From NCBI GenBank assembly GCA_963727445.1, contig CAVSGI010000006.1, forward strand, positions 256,001 through 320,000: a stretch of 64,000 nt of DNA. The letters run 5' to 3'. Made by a program: the position numbers and the translations under genes. Below, one piece after another: positions 9,119 through 20,479 of the stretch. Under the pieces are notes generated by a model. It was not told the origin of the DNA. It did no database searches and worked only from the letters and a program-made list of their open reading frames with translations. Numbering within the stretch: position 1 is the first letter of the stretch; every line of letters starts with the position of its first letter. Source of the stretch: an uncultured delta proteobacterium (lineage in GTDB: Bacteria > Myxococcota_A > Polyangia > Polyangiales > B10-G4).

Positions 9119-10627
9119 GTGCATGCGCTCTCGCTCCTGACGATCGTTCTAGCGACAGCGGCCGGTTGTGGTGGTGCTGCGAAGCCGAGCGGCCACACCG
9201 ATACGGCCGAGGGGCCGGCGATCCATCGCGAGGGCCAGGAGGCGTCCTTCGATTGGAAGGAAGCGGCGGTGACGCCCGGCGCGCTGCGCGTCGTTCATCG
9301 CGTCGGGAATCTGCGCACTCTCGAGGTCCTCGCGGACGGCACGGCGCGGATGAGCCTCACCTTCTCCCACGTGACGGGGGAGGTGAACGGGCGGCCCGTC
9401 GTGCTCTCGGGCGAGCCCGCCGAGCTGCGCTTCATGAGCGGCCGGAGCGGTGGAGTCTCGGGCGCGATGTCGGTGATCGGGGAAGCGACGATGGACGAGC
9501 CCTTCGTCGCCTCGGTCCTGCCGCTCGCGTGGCCGCCAGCCCTCGCGTGGCCCGCGGCGACCGAGAGCGGCGCCACGGTCGCCGTCACCATCGCGGGCAA
9601 CGAGAGCTCCATGGCGTACAGGCGCTGGCCCGGGGCGCCGGAAGGCCTCGACTGGATCGGGCTCTCGGGAGAGATCACGGTACAGAGGAGCCCCACCGGG
9701 GCGGCGCGCGCGCGCGTCGGAGCGCTCCTCGCCACCACCGAATCCCTCGACACCCGCGCGCGTGTCGCCCTCGGCTCCGCGGAGGAAGAGGGCGCCGGCG
9801 TCGAGATCGAGATGCGCATCGGTCAGGACGTGCCCCTGCCCGAGCCCGAGCCTGGCGGGCTCCTCGCGTGCGCCGACGATGTGCGGGCGCTGCGAACGCG
9901 CTTCGACGAGGTGATGCTCCCGCCCTTCGTGCTCAACCGACCCATCGAAGACGCGATGCTCACGGGGGACTCGGCCGAGGGCGTCGGCCCGGGTCTGCTC
10001 CTCGACCTGCGCCCGACCGATGGGAGGGCCGGCGTGGAGGGGCTCTTCGAGGGGCTCGACCCCGCGATGCCGCCGGCCGCGCGCGCGAGCCTCGCCGCGC
10101 GCCTGCGCGACGCAATCGACGGCATCGTGCAGAGCATGGAGGTGGTCGCCGTGCTCACCGGCCTTCCCACGGAGACCCTCGCGGGCGCTCCAGTCTATGT
10201 GCTGGTTCCTGCCGACACGCCGGCGCGACGGGTTCACGCGGTGGCTGGCGCGCTCGCGGAGCAAGGCCGAGAGGCGCGTCTGGTCGTTCGCCGTCCGAGC
10301 TCCGGCCCACGCGAGGGCATGTTGCGCGGATCGCTCTGGCCAATCGCGGAGCGCCTCGTCGAGCGCGCGACCGAGTGCCCTTTCGTCGCCCGCGCCGTCG
10401 CCGAGCTCCCGACCCGCGACGTGATGCCCTCTCCGGGCTGGGTCCGGGCGGTGGTGGCGGGCGGCATCGGCACCTGTGGCTGCAACCACGTGATGGCGGA
10501 GGAGCTCGCGCGCGAGGTGCTGCGGTGGTCGGACGTGGCGTTGCAGTCGTGGGGCTACAAAGCGATCGGCGACGAGGCGGCGACCGACGCGCCGGTGGCG
10601 GAGGTCTACGGCGCCGGCGCGAGCTGA
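9119..10627 (+). CDS. Hypothetical lipoprotein
   Basis: GTG start, signal peptide ending AAGC, GC3-biased codons. No family recognised. Confidence 0.65.
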   Translation: MHALSLLTIVLATAAGCGGAAKPSGHTDTAEGPAIHREGQEASFDWKEAAVTPGALRVVHRVGNLRTLEVLADGTARMSLTFSHVTGEVNGRPVVLSGEPAELRFMSGRSGGVSGAMSVIGEATMDEPFVASVLPLAWPPALAWPAATESGATVAVTIAGNESSMAYRRWPGAPEGLDWIGLSGEITVQRSPTGAARARVGALLATTESLDTRARVALGSAEEEGAGVEIEMRIGQDVPLPEPEPGGLLACADDVRALRTRFDEVMLPPFVLNRPIEDAMLTGDSAEGVGPGLLLDLRPTDGRAGVEGLFEGLDPAMPPAARASLAARLRDAIDGIVQSMEVVAVLTGLPTETLAGAPVYVLVPADTPARRVHAVAGALAEQGREARLVVRRPSSGPREGMLRGSLWPIAERLVERATECPFVARAVAELPTRDVMPSPGWVRAVVAGGIGTCGCNHVMAEELAREVLRWSDVALQSWGYKAIGDEAATDAPVAEVYGAGAS

Positions 10628-10631
10628 GCGC

Positions 10632-11861
10632 TCAGGCCTTCACGTCCTCGTCGAGGCAATCGGCGTTGCGCAGGTCGGGGAAGAACGCCGCCCACAGCCC
10701 CGTCACCAGCAGCGTTCCGATGCCGCCGAGCACCACCGCACGCACGGTGCCGAGCCAGGCCGCGGTGATCCCCGACTCGAACTCGCCCAGCTCGTTGCTC
10801 GCGCCGATGAAGATGTAGTTCACCGACGTGACACGGCCGCGCATGTCGTCCGGTGTACGGAGCTGAATCAGGGATTGGCGAACGACGACGCTCATCATGT
10901 CGGCGCCGCCGAGGATCGCGAGGGCGACGATGCTGAGGGTGAAGCTCTCGCTCAGGCCGAAGACGACGGTCGCCAGCCCGAAGATGGCCACACCGCCGAA
11001 CATGTAGGCGCCCGCGCGCCGTCGCATCGGGTGGATGGCGAAGAGGATGGCGATGACCGCGGCGCCAATCGACGGAGCGCTTCGGAGGATCCCGAGACCC
11101 ACCTCGCCCACGTGCAGGATGTCCCGGGCGAAGATCGGCATCAGCGCGACGGCGCCGCCCAGCAGCACTGCGAACAGATCGAGCGAGATCGCCCCGAGAA
11201 GGACACGCTCCCGAAAGACGTAGCGAAGGCCCGCGGCGACGCGCGCGGTGGCGCGCTCGGTGGTCGGGGGCCTCGGCGGGAGTCGGGTGCCGAAGGCGCT
11301 GACGCAGACGGCGGAGCAGAGCGCGCAACACGCGGCCGTGAGATAGGCGGCTTGGGGACCGCCCACCGCGTAGATCAGGCCGCCGAGGGCCGGGCCGCCG
11401 ATGGTGGAGATCTGAAAGGCGCTCGAGCTCAGCGCGATGGCGCGGGGGAGTCGGTCGATGCCCACCAGCGCCGGCAGGAGCGCCGCCTGCGCCGGCGAGG
11501 CGAAGGCGCGGGTCGCGCCCAGAAACGCGAGGATGGCGAAGATCGGCAGGAGCGAGTCGCTCTGTCCGAGCGTCGAGCCGGCGAGCGCGAACGCGCCGGC
11601 GCTGAAGCTGAGCCAGCAGGCGATGAGGATGCGACGCCGGTCCACGCGGTCAGCGAAGGCGCCGGCGGGAAGCGACAGGAGCATCATCGGCAGGAACTGG
11701 GAGAGGCCGACCCAGCCGAGGTCGAGCGCTTCGCCGGTCGTCGCGTAGACTTGCCAGCCGATCGCCACCGACTGGATCTGAAAGCCGACGGTGCCGAAGA
11801 CGCGGGAGACGAGGTAGAGGGGCAGGTCGCGGCGGTGCCGCACCACCTGATCAGATCCCAC
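10632..11861 (-). CDS. MFS transporter (EntS/DHA3-like)
   Basis: About 12 hydrophobic segments. GAFADRVDRRR motif A and TPDDMRGRV. Confidence 0.9.
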   Translation of the reverse strand: MGSDQVVRHRRDLPLYLVSRVFGTVGFQIQSVAIGWQVYATTGEALDLGWVGLSQFLPMMLLSLPAGAFADRVDRRRILIACWLSFSAGAFALAGSTLGQSDSLLPIFAILAFLGATRAFASPAQAALLPALVGIDRLPRAIALSSSAFQISTIGGPALGGLIYAVGGPQAAYLTAACCALCSAVCVSAFGTRLPPRPPTTERATARVAAGLRYVFRERVLLGAISLDLFAVLLGGAVALMPIFARDILHVGEVGLGILRSAPSIGAAVIAILFAIHPMRRRAGAYMFGGVAIFGLATVVFGLSESFTLSIVALAILGGADMMSVVVRQSLIQLRTPDDMRGRVTSVNYIFIGASNELGEFESGITAAWLGTVRAVVLGGIGTLLVTGLWAAFFPDLRNADCLDEDVKA

Positions 11862-12738
11862 TGACGACGTCCTCGCCCTCGCGCGCGATCGCGTGACTCA
11901 TCGTTCGCGTGTTGGTCTTCACGAAGTAACGGCCGCTGGGGTCGACGGCGATGAGCCCGCCCGAGCCGCCCAGCTCGCCGAAGGTCCGCATCGCAGCGAG
12001 GACCGCTTCTTCGAGGCTCGCCCCGCTCTCGACCGCGAGGAAGACGCGGCTGGCGAGGGCGGCGCGGATGATCCCTTCGCCGACGCCGGTCGCGCTGATC
12101 GCGCACGAGTCGTTCGAGGCGTAGGTGCCAGCGCCGAAGATCGGCGTATCGCCGACGCGCCCGCGCGCCTTGCCGACCGTCCCGCCGGTGCTGGTCGCCG
12201 CCGCCACGTGGCCGGCGCCGTCCGAGACCACGGCGCCCACGGTCCCGCCGGCCCACGCTTCGCCCGCCTGGCCCGCGAGCCGCTCCTCGAGGCGCCGCCG
12301 CGCGCGCTCGGTGATCAGCGTGCTGGCGGAGAGCCGCGAGAAGCCCGAGCGTTCGGCGAAGGCCGCCGCTCCCTCGCCGACGTAGAGCACGTGCCGGCCG
12401 AACTCGAGGGCGGCCTGGGCGACGCGGATCGGATTCTCGAAGGGAGGCAAGCATCCCACGGCGCCCGCACGCCGGTCACCGTCCATCACCGCCGCGTCGA
12501 GCTCCACCTCGCCCTTGTCGTTGAGGGAGCTGCCGAGGCCCGCGTTGTAGTTGGGATCGTTCTCCATCACCTCGACCGCGCGGACCGCGGCTTCGAGCGG
12601 CGACGCGCCGGCGGTCAGAGCCGCCAGGCCCACCCGCGCCGCACGCACGGTGCCTGCGACGTGCTCCTCGCGCCGGCTCTCGGGGACGAAGCCGGCGCCT
12701 CCGTGGACGACGACGATGGGCCTCTCGCCCTCGCTCAC
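11851..12738 (-). CDS. iaaA: Isoaspartyl peptidase / L-asparaginase (Ntn hydrolase)
   Basis: VHGGAG, NAGLGS, ELDAAVMDG, G-TVGAV autoproteolysis site, AAATSTGG and GRVGDTP. Confidence 0.92.
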   Translation of the reverse strand: MSEGERPIVVVHGGAGFVPESRREEHVAGTVRAARVGLAALTAGASPLEAAVRAVEVMENDPNYNAGLGSSLNDKGEVELDAAVMDGDRRAGAVGCLPPFENPIRVAQAALEFGRHVLYVGEGAAAFAERSGFSRLSASTLITERARRRLEERLAGQAGEAWAGGTVGAVVSDGAGHVAAATSTGGTVGKARGRVGDTPIFGAGTYASNDSCAISATGVGEGIIRAALASRVFLAVESGASLEEAVLAAMRTFGELGGSGGLIAVDPSGRYFVKTNTRTMSHAIAREGEDVVSGI

Positions 12739-13175
12739 GAGGGCTTGAAGCTCCGGAGGAGCTTCAACAGGTCCTCCCGAATGTCGAAGCGCAGGACGGC
12801 GCGCGCGTGCTCTTCGTCCTGGACGTAGATGGAGCCGGGCAGGGTGGTCGCGGCTTGCACGGGTCTGAGCAGGCTCAGGTCCTGCTCACCGTGAAAGCGA
12901 CACTCGCGACCGTCGTTGTCCGGAAAGGAGAAGTCGTAGATGATCTTCTGCCGGAGCAGCGGGTTGATCTCGAGGGTCCCCGTCAGGGCGCGGTGGTCGG
13001 CGAAGCCCTCGGCGTCGATCTCTCCCTCGATGCGCGCCGTCGGGTCGAGCGCGAAGCTCTTCATGTCGTGCACCTGCGCCTTGACCGTGATGCTGATCGG
13101 GTGCTCGTCGCCCGGGGCCTCGAGGGTGTGATAGGTGCCAGCCAGCGTCTGGGCGAACTCGAAGCCGACGCTCAT
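12735..13175 (-). CDS. Hypothetical protein (146 aa)
   Basis: Operonic position: its stop overlaps the iaaA start. Typical codon bias. Confidence 0.75.
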   Translation of the reverse strand: MSVGFEFAQTLAGTYHTLEAPGDEHPISITVKAQVHDMKSFALDPTARIEGEIDAEGFADHRALTGTLEINPLLRQKIIYDFSFPDNDGRECRFHGEQDLSLLRPVQAATTLPGSIYVQDEEHARAVLRFDIREDLLKLLRSFKPS

Positions 13176-13178
13176 CGC

Positions 13179-13517
13179 CTATTTCCCCTTCGGGTCGTCG
13201 AAGAGCTCGTCCGGCACGACCAGCCGCTCGACGATGGTTCCGTTCTCGAGGCTGTCGAGGATCTCGTCCACGTCCTCGACCTTCACGTTCCCGTAGAACA
13301 CGTTGTCGGGCATCACGGCGATCGTCGGTCCGACCCAGCAGAGGTCCATGCAGCTGCCCTCCATCACCCGGATCTGCTTCCGCAAACCACGCTTGACCGT
13401 CCCGACCTTGAGCCGGTCGCGGATGGCCTTGGAGTTCTTGCGGGCGCAAGACCCCTTGGGGTTGTCGGGGGCGCGCTCGTTCTGACACACCCACAGGTAT
13501 CGTTCCCGCTTCGGCAT
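13179..13517 (-). CDS. Thioredoxin-like [2Fe-2S] ferredoxin
   Basis: VCQNER...GSC...SCMDLCWVGP...PDNVFYG four-Cys pattern. Confidence 0.9.
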   Translation of the reverse strand: MPKRERYLWVCQNERAPDNPKGSCARKNSKAIRDRLKVGTVKRGLRKQIRVMEGSCMDLCWVGPTIAVMPDNVFYGNVKVEDVDEILDSLENGTIVERLVVPDELFDDPKGK

Positions 13518-13607
13518 CGCGCCGCAGCGTAGCACCGTTGCGAAAGGTGGAGCGAGCCAGGAATGTGGGCCCCAGGCGCCCTTTTAACGGCAACGAAACA
13601 CGCCTGA

Positions 13608-13973
<366 letters not shown>

Positions 13974-14123
13974 CGCCATGCCGCTCACTCACGCCATCCG
14001 CCGGCTTACCTCCTCGCCCCCTCCCTCGGAAATACCTCCGGTATTCCTCGGTCGGGGCCTCCGGGGGCGCTCGCCCGGCTGACGCGACTGGACGGCATCG
14101 AGAGCTATGAGGAGAAAAGGGCA

Positions 14124-15548
14124 ATGACCGAGATCCGAGATCCGAAAGACGTACTCGAGTTTGCGAAGTCGAAGGGCGCCGTCATGGTGGACCTCCGCTT
14201 CATCGACCTTCCGGGCGTCTGGCAGCACACCAGCGTGCCGATCCACCGCCTCGAGGTGGCTTCCTTCGAAGACGGTTTCGGCTTCGATGGCTCCTCGATC
14301 CGTGGCTACCAGCCGATCAACGCGTCGGACATGCTCATCGTCCCCGACGCGACGACGGCGAAGATGGATCCCTTCACCAAGCACCCGACGCTGGTGTTGA
14401 TCTGCAACATCGTCGACCCGATCACCAAAGAGCCCTACGCCCGCGACCCGCGCTACATCGCGACCAAGGCCGAGGCCTACCTCAAGCAGACCGGGCTCGC
14501 GGACACGACCTATTTCGGCCCCGAAGCCGAGTTCTTCATCTTCGACGACGTGAAGTACCACTCGAGCCCCGAGGGCTCGTTCTACGCGGTCGATTCCGTC
14601 GAAGGCATCTGGAACTCCGGCTCCGATGAAGGCCCGAACCTCGGCTACAAGGTGAAGCACAAAGGCGGCTACTTCCCCGTGATGCCCACCGACACGCTGA
14701 TGGACCTGCGCACCGACATCAGCGAGATCCTGATGGAGCTCGGCTACGAGGTCGAGGTCAGCCACCACGAGGTCGCGACCGCCGGGCAGTGCGAGATCGA
14801 CATGAAGTACAACACGCTGACCGCGTGTGCCGATCAGCTGATGTGGTTCAAGTACGTCGTGCGCAACGTCGCGTACAAGTACGGCAAGACGGCGACCTTC
14901 ATGCCGAAGCCCATCTACGGCGACAACGGCAGCGGCATGCACTGTCACCAGTCGCTGTGGAAGGAAGGCAAGCCTCTCTTCGCTGGTGACGGCTACGCCG
15001 GGATGAGCGACATGGCGCTCAACTACATCGGCGGCCTGTTGCAGCACGCGCCGGCGATCTGCGCGCTCACCAACCCGACGATCAACAGCTACCGTCGCCT
15101 GGTCCCGGGCTACGAGGCGCCGGTGAACCTCGCCTACAGCTCCCGCAACCGCTCGGCGGCCATCCGCATCCCGATGTATTCGCCCTCGCCGAAGGCGCGG
15201 CGCATCGAGGCGCGCTTCCCCGACTCCTCGGGCAACCCCTACCTGGCCTTCTCCTCCATGCTCCTGGCGGGCATCGAGGGCATCCAGAAGAAGACCTCCG
15301 CGGGCGACCCCCTCGACAAGGACATCTACTCCCTCAGCCCCGAAGAGCTGAAGGACGTCCCCACCGTCCCCCACACCCTCGAAGGCTCGGTCGACGCCCT
15401 CGAACGCGACCACGAGTTCCTCCTGGTGGGCGACGTCTTCACCAAGGACATCGTCAGCGAGTGGATCGGCTGGAAGCGCGACAACGAGATCGCGCCCATG
15501 CGCCTGCGCCCGACCCCCCTCGAGTACGAGCTCTACTACGATCTGTGA
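14124..15548 (+). CDS. glnA: Glutamine synthetase type I
   Basis: [24 protein letters not shown]...[15 protein letters not shown] and the adenylylation loop DKDIY. Confidence 0.98.
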   Translation: MTEIRDPKDVLEFAKSKGAVMVDLRFIDLPGVWQHTSVPIHRLEVASFEDGFGFDGSSIRGYQPINASDMLIVPDATTAKMDPFTKHPTLVLICNIVDPITKEPYARDPRYIATKAEAYLKQTGLADTTYFGPEAEFFIFDDVKYHSSPEGSFYAVDSVEGIWNSGSDEGPNLGYKVKHKGGYFPVMPTDTLMDLRTDISEILMELGYEVEVSHHEVATAGQCEIDMKYNTLTACADQLMWFKYVVRNVAYKYGKTATFMPKPIYGDNGSGMHCHQSLWKEGKPLFAGDGYAGMSDMALNYIGGLLQHAPAICALTNPTINSYRRLVPGYEAPVNLAYSSRNRSAAIRIPMYSPSPKARRIEARFPDSSGNPYLAFSSMLLAGIEGIQKKTSAGDPLDKDIYSLSPEELKDVPTVPHTLEGSVDALERDHEFLLVGDVFTKDIVSEWIGWKRDNEIAPMRLRPTPLEYELYYDL

Positions 15549-15804
15549 GGGGGCCTCGCGGGCCTTCGGACCCGCGCTCCCCTCTCCTCAGCGGCCTCGC
15601 ATCTGCGGGGCCGCTCCGTTCGGCCCCTCTGGCGGGCGCCGAGTCGGGCCTTGCCCCCGTGGGTTTTCGCCATGGGGCGGGTCGGGCGTCCTCGCGCGCG
15701 CACAACCCTCCGAAAATACTTTGATTGACCAGGGTGGTGGGGGTCGGATAGCATTCCGCGACTCCCGCCAAGTGTGCGGGTTTATGGTCTAATCCGGCTA
15801 AACC

Positions 15805-16662
15805 GTGGTCGTGAACGCTTCCAGGCTCGCCGCCGAATCGCTCCGGGTGCTTCCTCGCAAGCGCTTGAGCCGGATGATGGGTCGTCTTTCGGACCTCGAT
15901 GGGCCACCTGCATTGGTGCAACGAGCAGTCGATACCTTCGTACGTGTCTATGACGTGGACATGTCGGAAGCGGTGATCCCCGACGGCGGCTTCCCGACCT
16001 TCGACGCATTTTTCACGCGCGCGCTGCGTGACGGCGCGCGACCCGTCGATCCCGATCCCGCGTCCTTCGTCTGTCCTGCCGACGGTCGGCTCCTGGACGC
16101 GGGGCCGATCGACGAGCGCGCCATCTTCTCGGTGAAGGGACGGCTCTACGAAGCGGGCGAGCTCCTCGGCGATCGGGAGGCGGCGAGCCGCTACGAGGGC
16201 GGCACCTTCGCCGTCATCTATCTCGCGCCCCCCGACTACCATCGGGTCCACGCACCCGCCGAGGGGCGCGTGACCGCCGTCCGTCACGTGACCGGGACAC
16301 TCTACCCGGTGAACGCCATCGGGATGGAGCACATCGAGGGGCTCTTCACGGAAAACGAGAGGGTGGTGGTCCACCAGGAAGGCGATGAGCACGACGTCGC
16401 CACCATCCTGGTCGGCGCCATCGGCGTGGGGCGCATCGGGATCAGCTTCGACGACGTGTTGACCAACGTCGGGCGCGACGAGGGGCTTCGCGAGTATCGC
16501 GACGAAGGCCCGCTCCTGCGTCGCGGCGACGAGGTCGGCATGTTCCACCTCGGCTCGACCGCCATCGTGCTCGTCGGTCCTCCAGGCCCCCTCCGCTGCG
16601 AAAAGCGCCGCGGAGAGCGGACGAAAATGGGAGAAGCTCTCTTCCGTCGAGGAGACGCGTGA
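15805..16662 (+). CDS. psd: Phosphatidylserine decarboxylase proenzyme
   Basis: FFTRAL, PADG, IYLAPPDYHRVHAP, NERVV and the FHLGST self-cleavage motif. Confidence 0.95.
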   Translation: MVVNASRLAAESLRVLPRKRLSRMMGRLSDLDGPPALVQRAVDTFVRVYDVDMSEAVIPDGGFPTFDAFFTRALRDGARPVDPDPASFVCPADGRLLDAGPIDERAIFSVKGRLYEAGELLGDREAASRYEGGTFAVIYLAPPDYHRVHAPAEGRVTAVRHVTGTLYPVNAIGMEHIEGLFTENERVVVHQEGDEHDVATILVGAIGVGRIGISFDDVLTNVGRDEGLREYRDEGPLLRRGDEVGMFHLGSTAIVLVGPPGPLRCEKRRGERTKMGEALFRRGDA

Positions 16663-18885
16663 GCGAGGACGGGACCAAGGACGAGGAAGGCGGCGTCCGC
16701 TCGTTCCGAGCGAGGCGACGGACGCGGCGCGCGAAGCGAAGGCCGCTGCGCGTTCCCGTCGACGAGGTGCCGCGTCGCAGCGTGGTGGAGATGGCCGTCT
16801 CCGAGGAGGCGCCGCCCCGCAAGTCGTCCTTCCCGCCCCCCCGCAATGCGAACGTGGAGCTCGACGTCGATCTGGATGACGACGAGGAAGACGAGCAGCC
16901 AGCAGCGGCTGGAGCCGCCGCCGAAGAGTCGAAGCGCGATAGCGTCGTCGTGCGTGGCGCGGTTCGCATCACCGACATGCCGGCCGCGTCGTCGGCGAGC
17001 GCGGTGGAGATCCCCAAGGCGCCGCGCGTCCCTTCGACGGCTCCCGAGGCCTCCGAGGACGAGCCCGCCTCCGATCGTCCCCTCGCCGCGACCATCGAAG
17101 AGACGGCGCCCGTCGAATCCCTCGATGCCTGCAGATGCGGACGATGGATGGCTCGAGGAGTCGTCCACGGAGATCACCATCGAGGCGGCTGACCCGGAGG
17201 AAGCCGCGGAGCTCGCGGAGGTCGAGGTAGAGCTCGACGAGGCGGAAGAAGAAGAAGAGCTCGACGACGCGGAAGACGAGCTGCTGGGCGAAGCCGAAGA
17301 AGAGGCCGAAGAAGAGGCCGAAGAAGAAGAGGCCGAAGCGGAAGGTGACGAAGAGGAGGAGGCGCCGGAGGCGGCGGTCTCGTCCGAGCGTGCCCCGGCG
17401 CGCGGGATCTCCGAGGTCACCGAGGAGCTCGACATCTCGGCGATCTCCGAGGTGGCTGAAGAGGCGGAAGATCTCGACATCGAGGAGGAGATCGCCGCCG
17501 ACGAGATCGAGGAGGCGAGCCCGCCGCCGAAGGACAAGGGCAACTCCGCTCCTCCGCCCCCACCCGCCAAGGCCGAAAAGGGTCCGCCCCCCGCGCCCCC
17601 GACGAAGAAGAAGGACAAGGCCGCAGCCGAGGGCAAGGCCCCCCCGCCGCCGCCCGACGAAAAGGCCGCCGCTGCAGCCGTCGCCGCCTCGCAGAAGCGA
17701 CGCCGTCCGTGGTTCGAGACCTTCTTCAACGACGACTACCTGCGCACCGTTCCTTCCAACACCTATCGTCACGTCTCGCGTCAGTGCGACTTCATGCAGG
17801 AGATGCTGAAGCTGCCTCCGGGGTCGACGATCCTCGACGTGGGCTGCGGTCTCGGTCTGCACGCCCTCGAGCTGCGCTCGCGTGGATACCTGGTGGTCGG
17901 TCTCGACCTGTCGCTGCCGATGCTGTCCCGCGCGGCGGACGAGGCACAGGACCGCGGGGTGAAGATCAACTTCCTCCACTCCGACATGCGGGAGATGACT
18001 TTCGAAGGAGCCTTCGACGCCATCCTCTGTTGGGGAACGACATTCGGCTACTTCGACGACGAGTCGAACAAGAAGGTCCTCGAGCGCCTGTATCAGGCGC
18101 TCAAGCCGCGGGGCCTGTTGCTCCTCGACGTCGTCAACCGCGACTTCGTCGTGCGCCAGCAGCCCAACCTCGTCTGGTTCGAGGGCGACGGATGCGTTTG
18201 CATGGAGGAGACGCAGTTCAACTTCATCAAGGACCGCCTCGAGGTGAAGCGGACGGTGATCCTGGACGACGGCCGGCAGCGCGAGACCTACTACTCGGTG
18301 CGCCTCTACACGCTGCACGAGATCGGTCAGCTGATGCACCACCAGGGCTTCCGGGTGGCGTCGGTGTCGGGCCAGGAGGCGACGCCCAACGTCTTCTTCG
18401 GGGCGGACTCCCCGCGGCTGATCATCCTGGCGGAGCGCCGGGCCAAGAAGGGTGAAGCGAAGGCCAAGGGCGACAAGGCGAAGCCGCCGCCCGCGCCCCC
18501 CTCTCAGCCGCCCGCCGCAGCCGAGGAGCCGGAGGAGCTGGGCCTCGAGGACGTGGAGGTCGAGGAGGAGGAGGAGGCCGTCGCGGCCGCTCCCAAGGCC
18601 GAGGAGACCACCAAGCCCGAGGCCAAGGCGCTGCGCGAGGCCGAAGCCTCGGCGCCGTCGGAATCCACCCGGCCCGACGCCCAGGCGCTGCGCGACGAGG
18701 ACGAAGGCATAGCCGCGGCCCCGCAGATGCCGCCCGTGAGCGAGGACGACTACGTCGACGAGAGCGACACGGTGGTCGGCGGCGAGTTCCCCATCGACGA
18801 GGAGGCGGACATCGTCGTCGAGGAAGACGAGGACGAGGACGAGGACGGCGGCGTCACCAATCCCGAAGGTGAAGAGGTCGACTGA
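16659..18885 (+). CDS. Class I SAM-dependent methyltransferase with long acidic/Pro-rich disordered tails (frameshifted near 17116)
   Basis: GTG start overlaps the psd stop. Core has ILDVGCGLG, GLDLS, DMREM and LKPRGLLLLD. ORFs 16659 and 16846 join after one base is removed at 17115-17119. Confidence 0.8.
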
Positions 18886-20040
18886 CCGCGGCCTCCGCCA
18901 ACGAGGAGCGCCAGGGCTGCCGAGCCCGCGAATCCGGCGCCCGTGAGAAACGTCGCGTCGGGGCCCAGCCGCTGCCAGAGCACGCCGGCCAGCAGGCTCG
19001 CCAGCAGCAATGCGCCACCGGTGAGGAGGTTGAAGAGGCCGAACGCGGTTCCTCGACGGTCCGCGGGCGCGGCATCGGAGACCAGGGCTGAGAGCAGCCC
19101 CTGACTCGACGCCAGGTGCACACCCCACAGACCCACTCCGACGACGACGCCCCACAGGCCGGGGAGCAGCACGAGGCAGAGGTCTGCGCCGACGAGCACC
19201 AGGAGCCCGAGGAAGAGCAGACGGTGGCGACCGAGTCGAATCCGAGAGCGCACCCAGTGGTGCCGCGAGCGCGGCGTAGATGACGTTCATCCACACCATG
19301 ACGAGAGGCAGGTGGGTCTCGGACACGCCGGTATCACTGGCCTTCAGGACCAGGAATGCCTCGGAGAAACGCGCGAGGGTGAACACGACGCCGATGACGA
19401 CGACGCGCCAGAACTCGCGAGACAAGCCGAGGAGATCCGCCGACGCGAAAACGGGAGGGGGCGGGGCCCGGTGATCGCTGGTGGGTGGCTCGCGAACGGC
19501 GAAGACGATGAGCAGCACGGCGAGCGCGGCGGGGAGCGACGCCCACCAGAACACGGAGCGAAGATCGTCTCCGTGGAGGATCATGAGGGCCATCGCCAAC
19601 AGCGGTCCGAGAAAGGCTCCGACGGAGTCGAGCGCTTGCCGGATCCCATAGGCCGCTCCCCGCTGCCGTGTCTCGGTCAGGTCGGCGATGAGCGCGTCGC
19701 GCGGGGCGCCCCGGATGCCCTTGCCGACGCGATCGACGAAACGGGCGAGGAACACCCACCCGGCCGTGCTCGCGAGTGGGAAGAGCGGCTTGCTCAGCGC
19801 GGCGAGCCCATATCCGGCGGCCGTGATCCACTTTCGTTTGCGGAACCGGTCCGACAGAGCGCCGGAGAGCACCTTGCTCACCGAGGCGGTGGCCTGGCCG
19901 ACCCCTTCGATGAGCCCGACGGTGACGGTGGAAGCGCCGAGCGTGCTCACCAGGAACACGGGCAGGAGGCTGTTGATCAGCTCCGACGAGGTGTCCATGG
20001 AGAGCGACACCAGCCCGAGGACGATGACGTCGCGCGGCAT
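18750..20040 (-). CDS. MFS transporter (frameshifted near 19239)
   Basis: GALSDRFRKRK, RFVDRVGKGIRGAPRDALIAD and RGTAFGLFN. The halves join as GALSDRLGRHRLL after a one-base removal. The repaired frame overlaps the 3' end of the convergent methyltransferase. Confidence 0.85.
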
Positions 20041-20128
20041 CGTCCGCCGCGGGCCTTCACCTTCCCCGGTAGTGGTAGACGTTCTTTGCCGGCCTGAGCC
20101 GTCCAGCGGCCCCTGCGGGTTCATTCGG

Positions 20129-20398
20129 TCAGTTCTTGGTGGCTGCTTCCAGCTCGTTTCGGATGTGCGTCAGGGAGCGCTTGAGCTGCTCCCAGGTCGT
20201 GATGAGCTCATCGTCCACCACTTCCGTGACCCGCTCCGCTCGATGCTCGAACTTCTTGATTTGAGGGTCGAGCTCCTCGAGGCGCTCCGTGAGGTCCATG
20301 TTCCCGAGGTGGGCTTTGACGCGGATGGTGTCGCGGAGCCGCTGCAGGTCTTCGTTCATCTGCCGCAACTGCTTCTTAGCCAGTTCACGTGTTGTCAT
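20129..20398 (-). CDS. Small coiled-coil hypothetical protein
   Basis: 89 aa, helical composition, AAAGGA RBS upstream. Confidence 0.7.
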   Translation of the reverse strand: MTTRELAKKQLRQMNEDLQRLRDTIRVKAHLGNMDLTERLEELDPQIKKFEHRAERVTEVVDDELITTWEQLKRSLTHIRNELEAATKN

Positions 20399-20479
20399 CG
20401 GCTCGTCCTTTCGCGCTTTCAGCTATGAACGAAACCGCGTTTGTCCAGTCCTGGCCCCCACGGCGGGCCCTGGCCCGGC

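Noticed and set aside
16969..20124. 1051-aa MFS ORF
   Set aside because: Only the N-terminal MFS part is real. After the 19239 frameshift it reads off-frame and then antisense to the methyltransferase.
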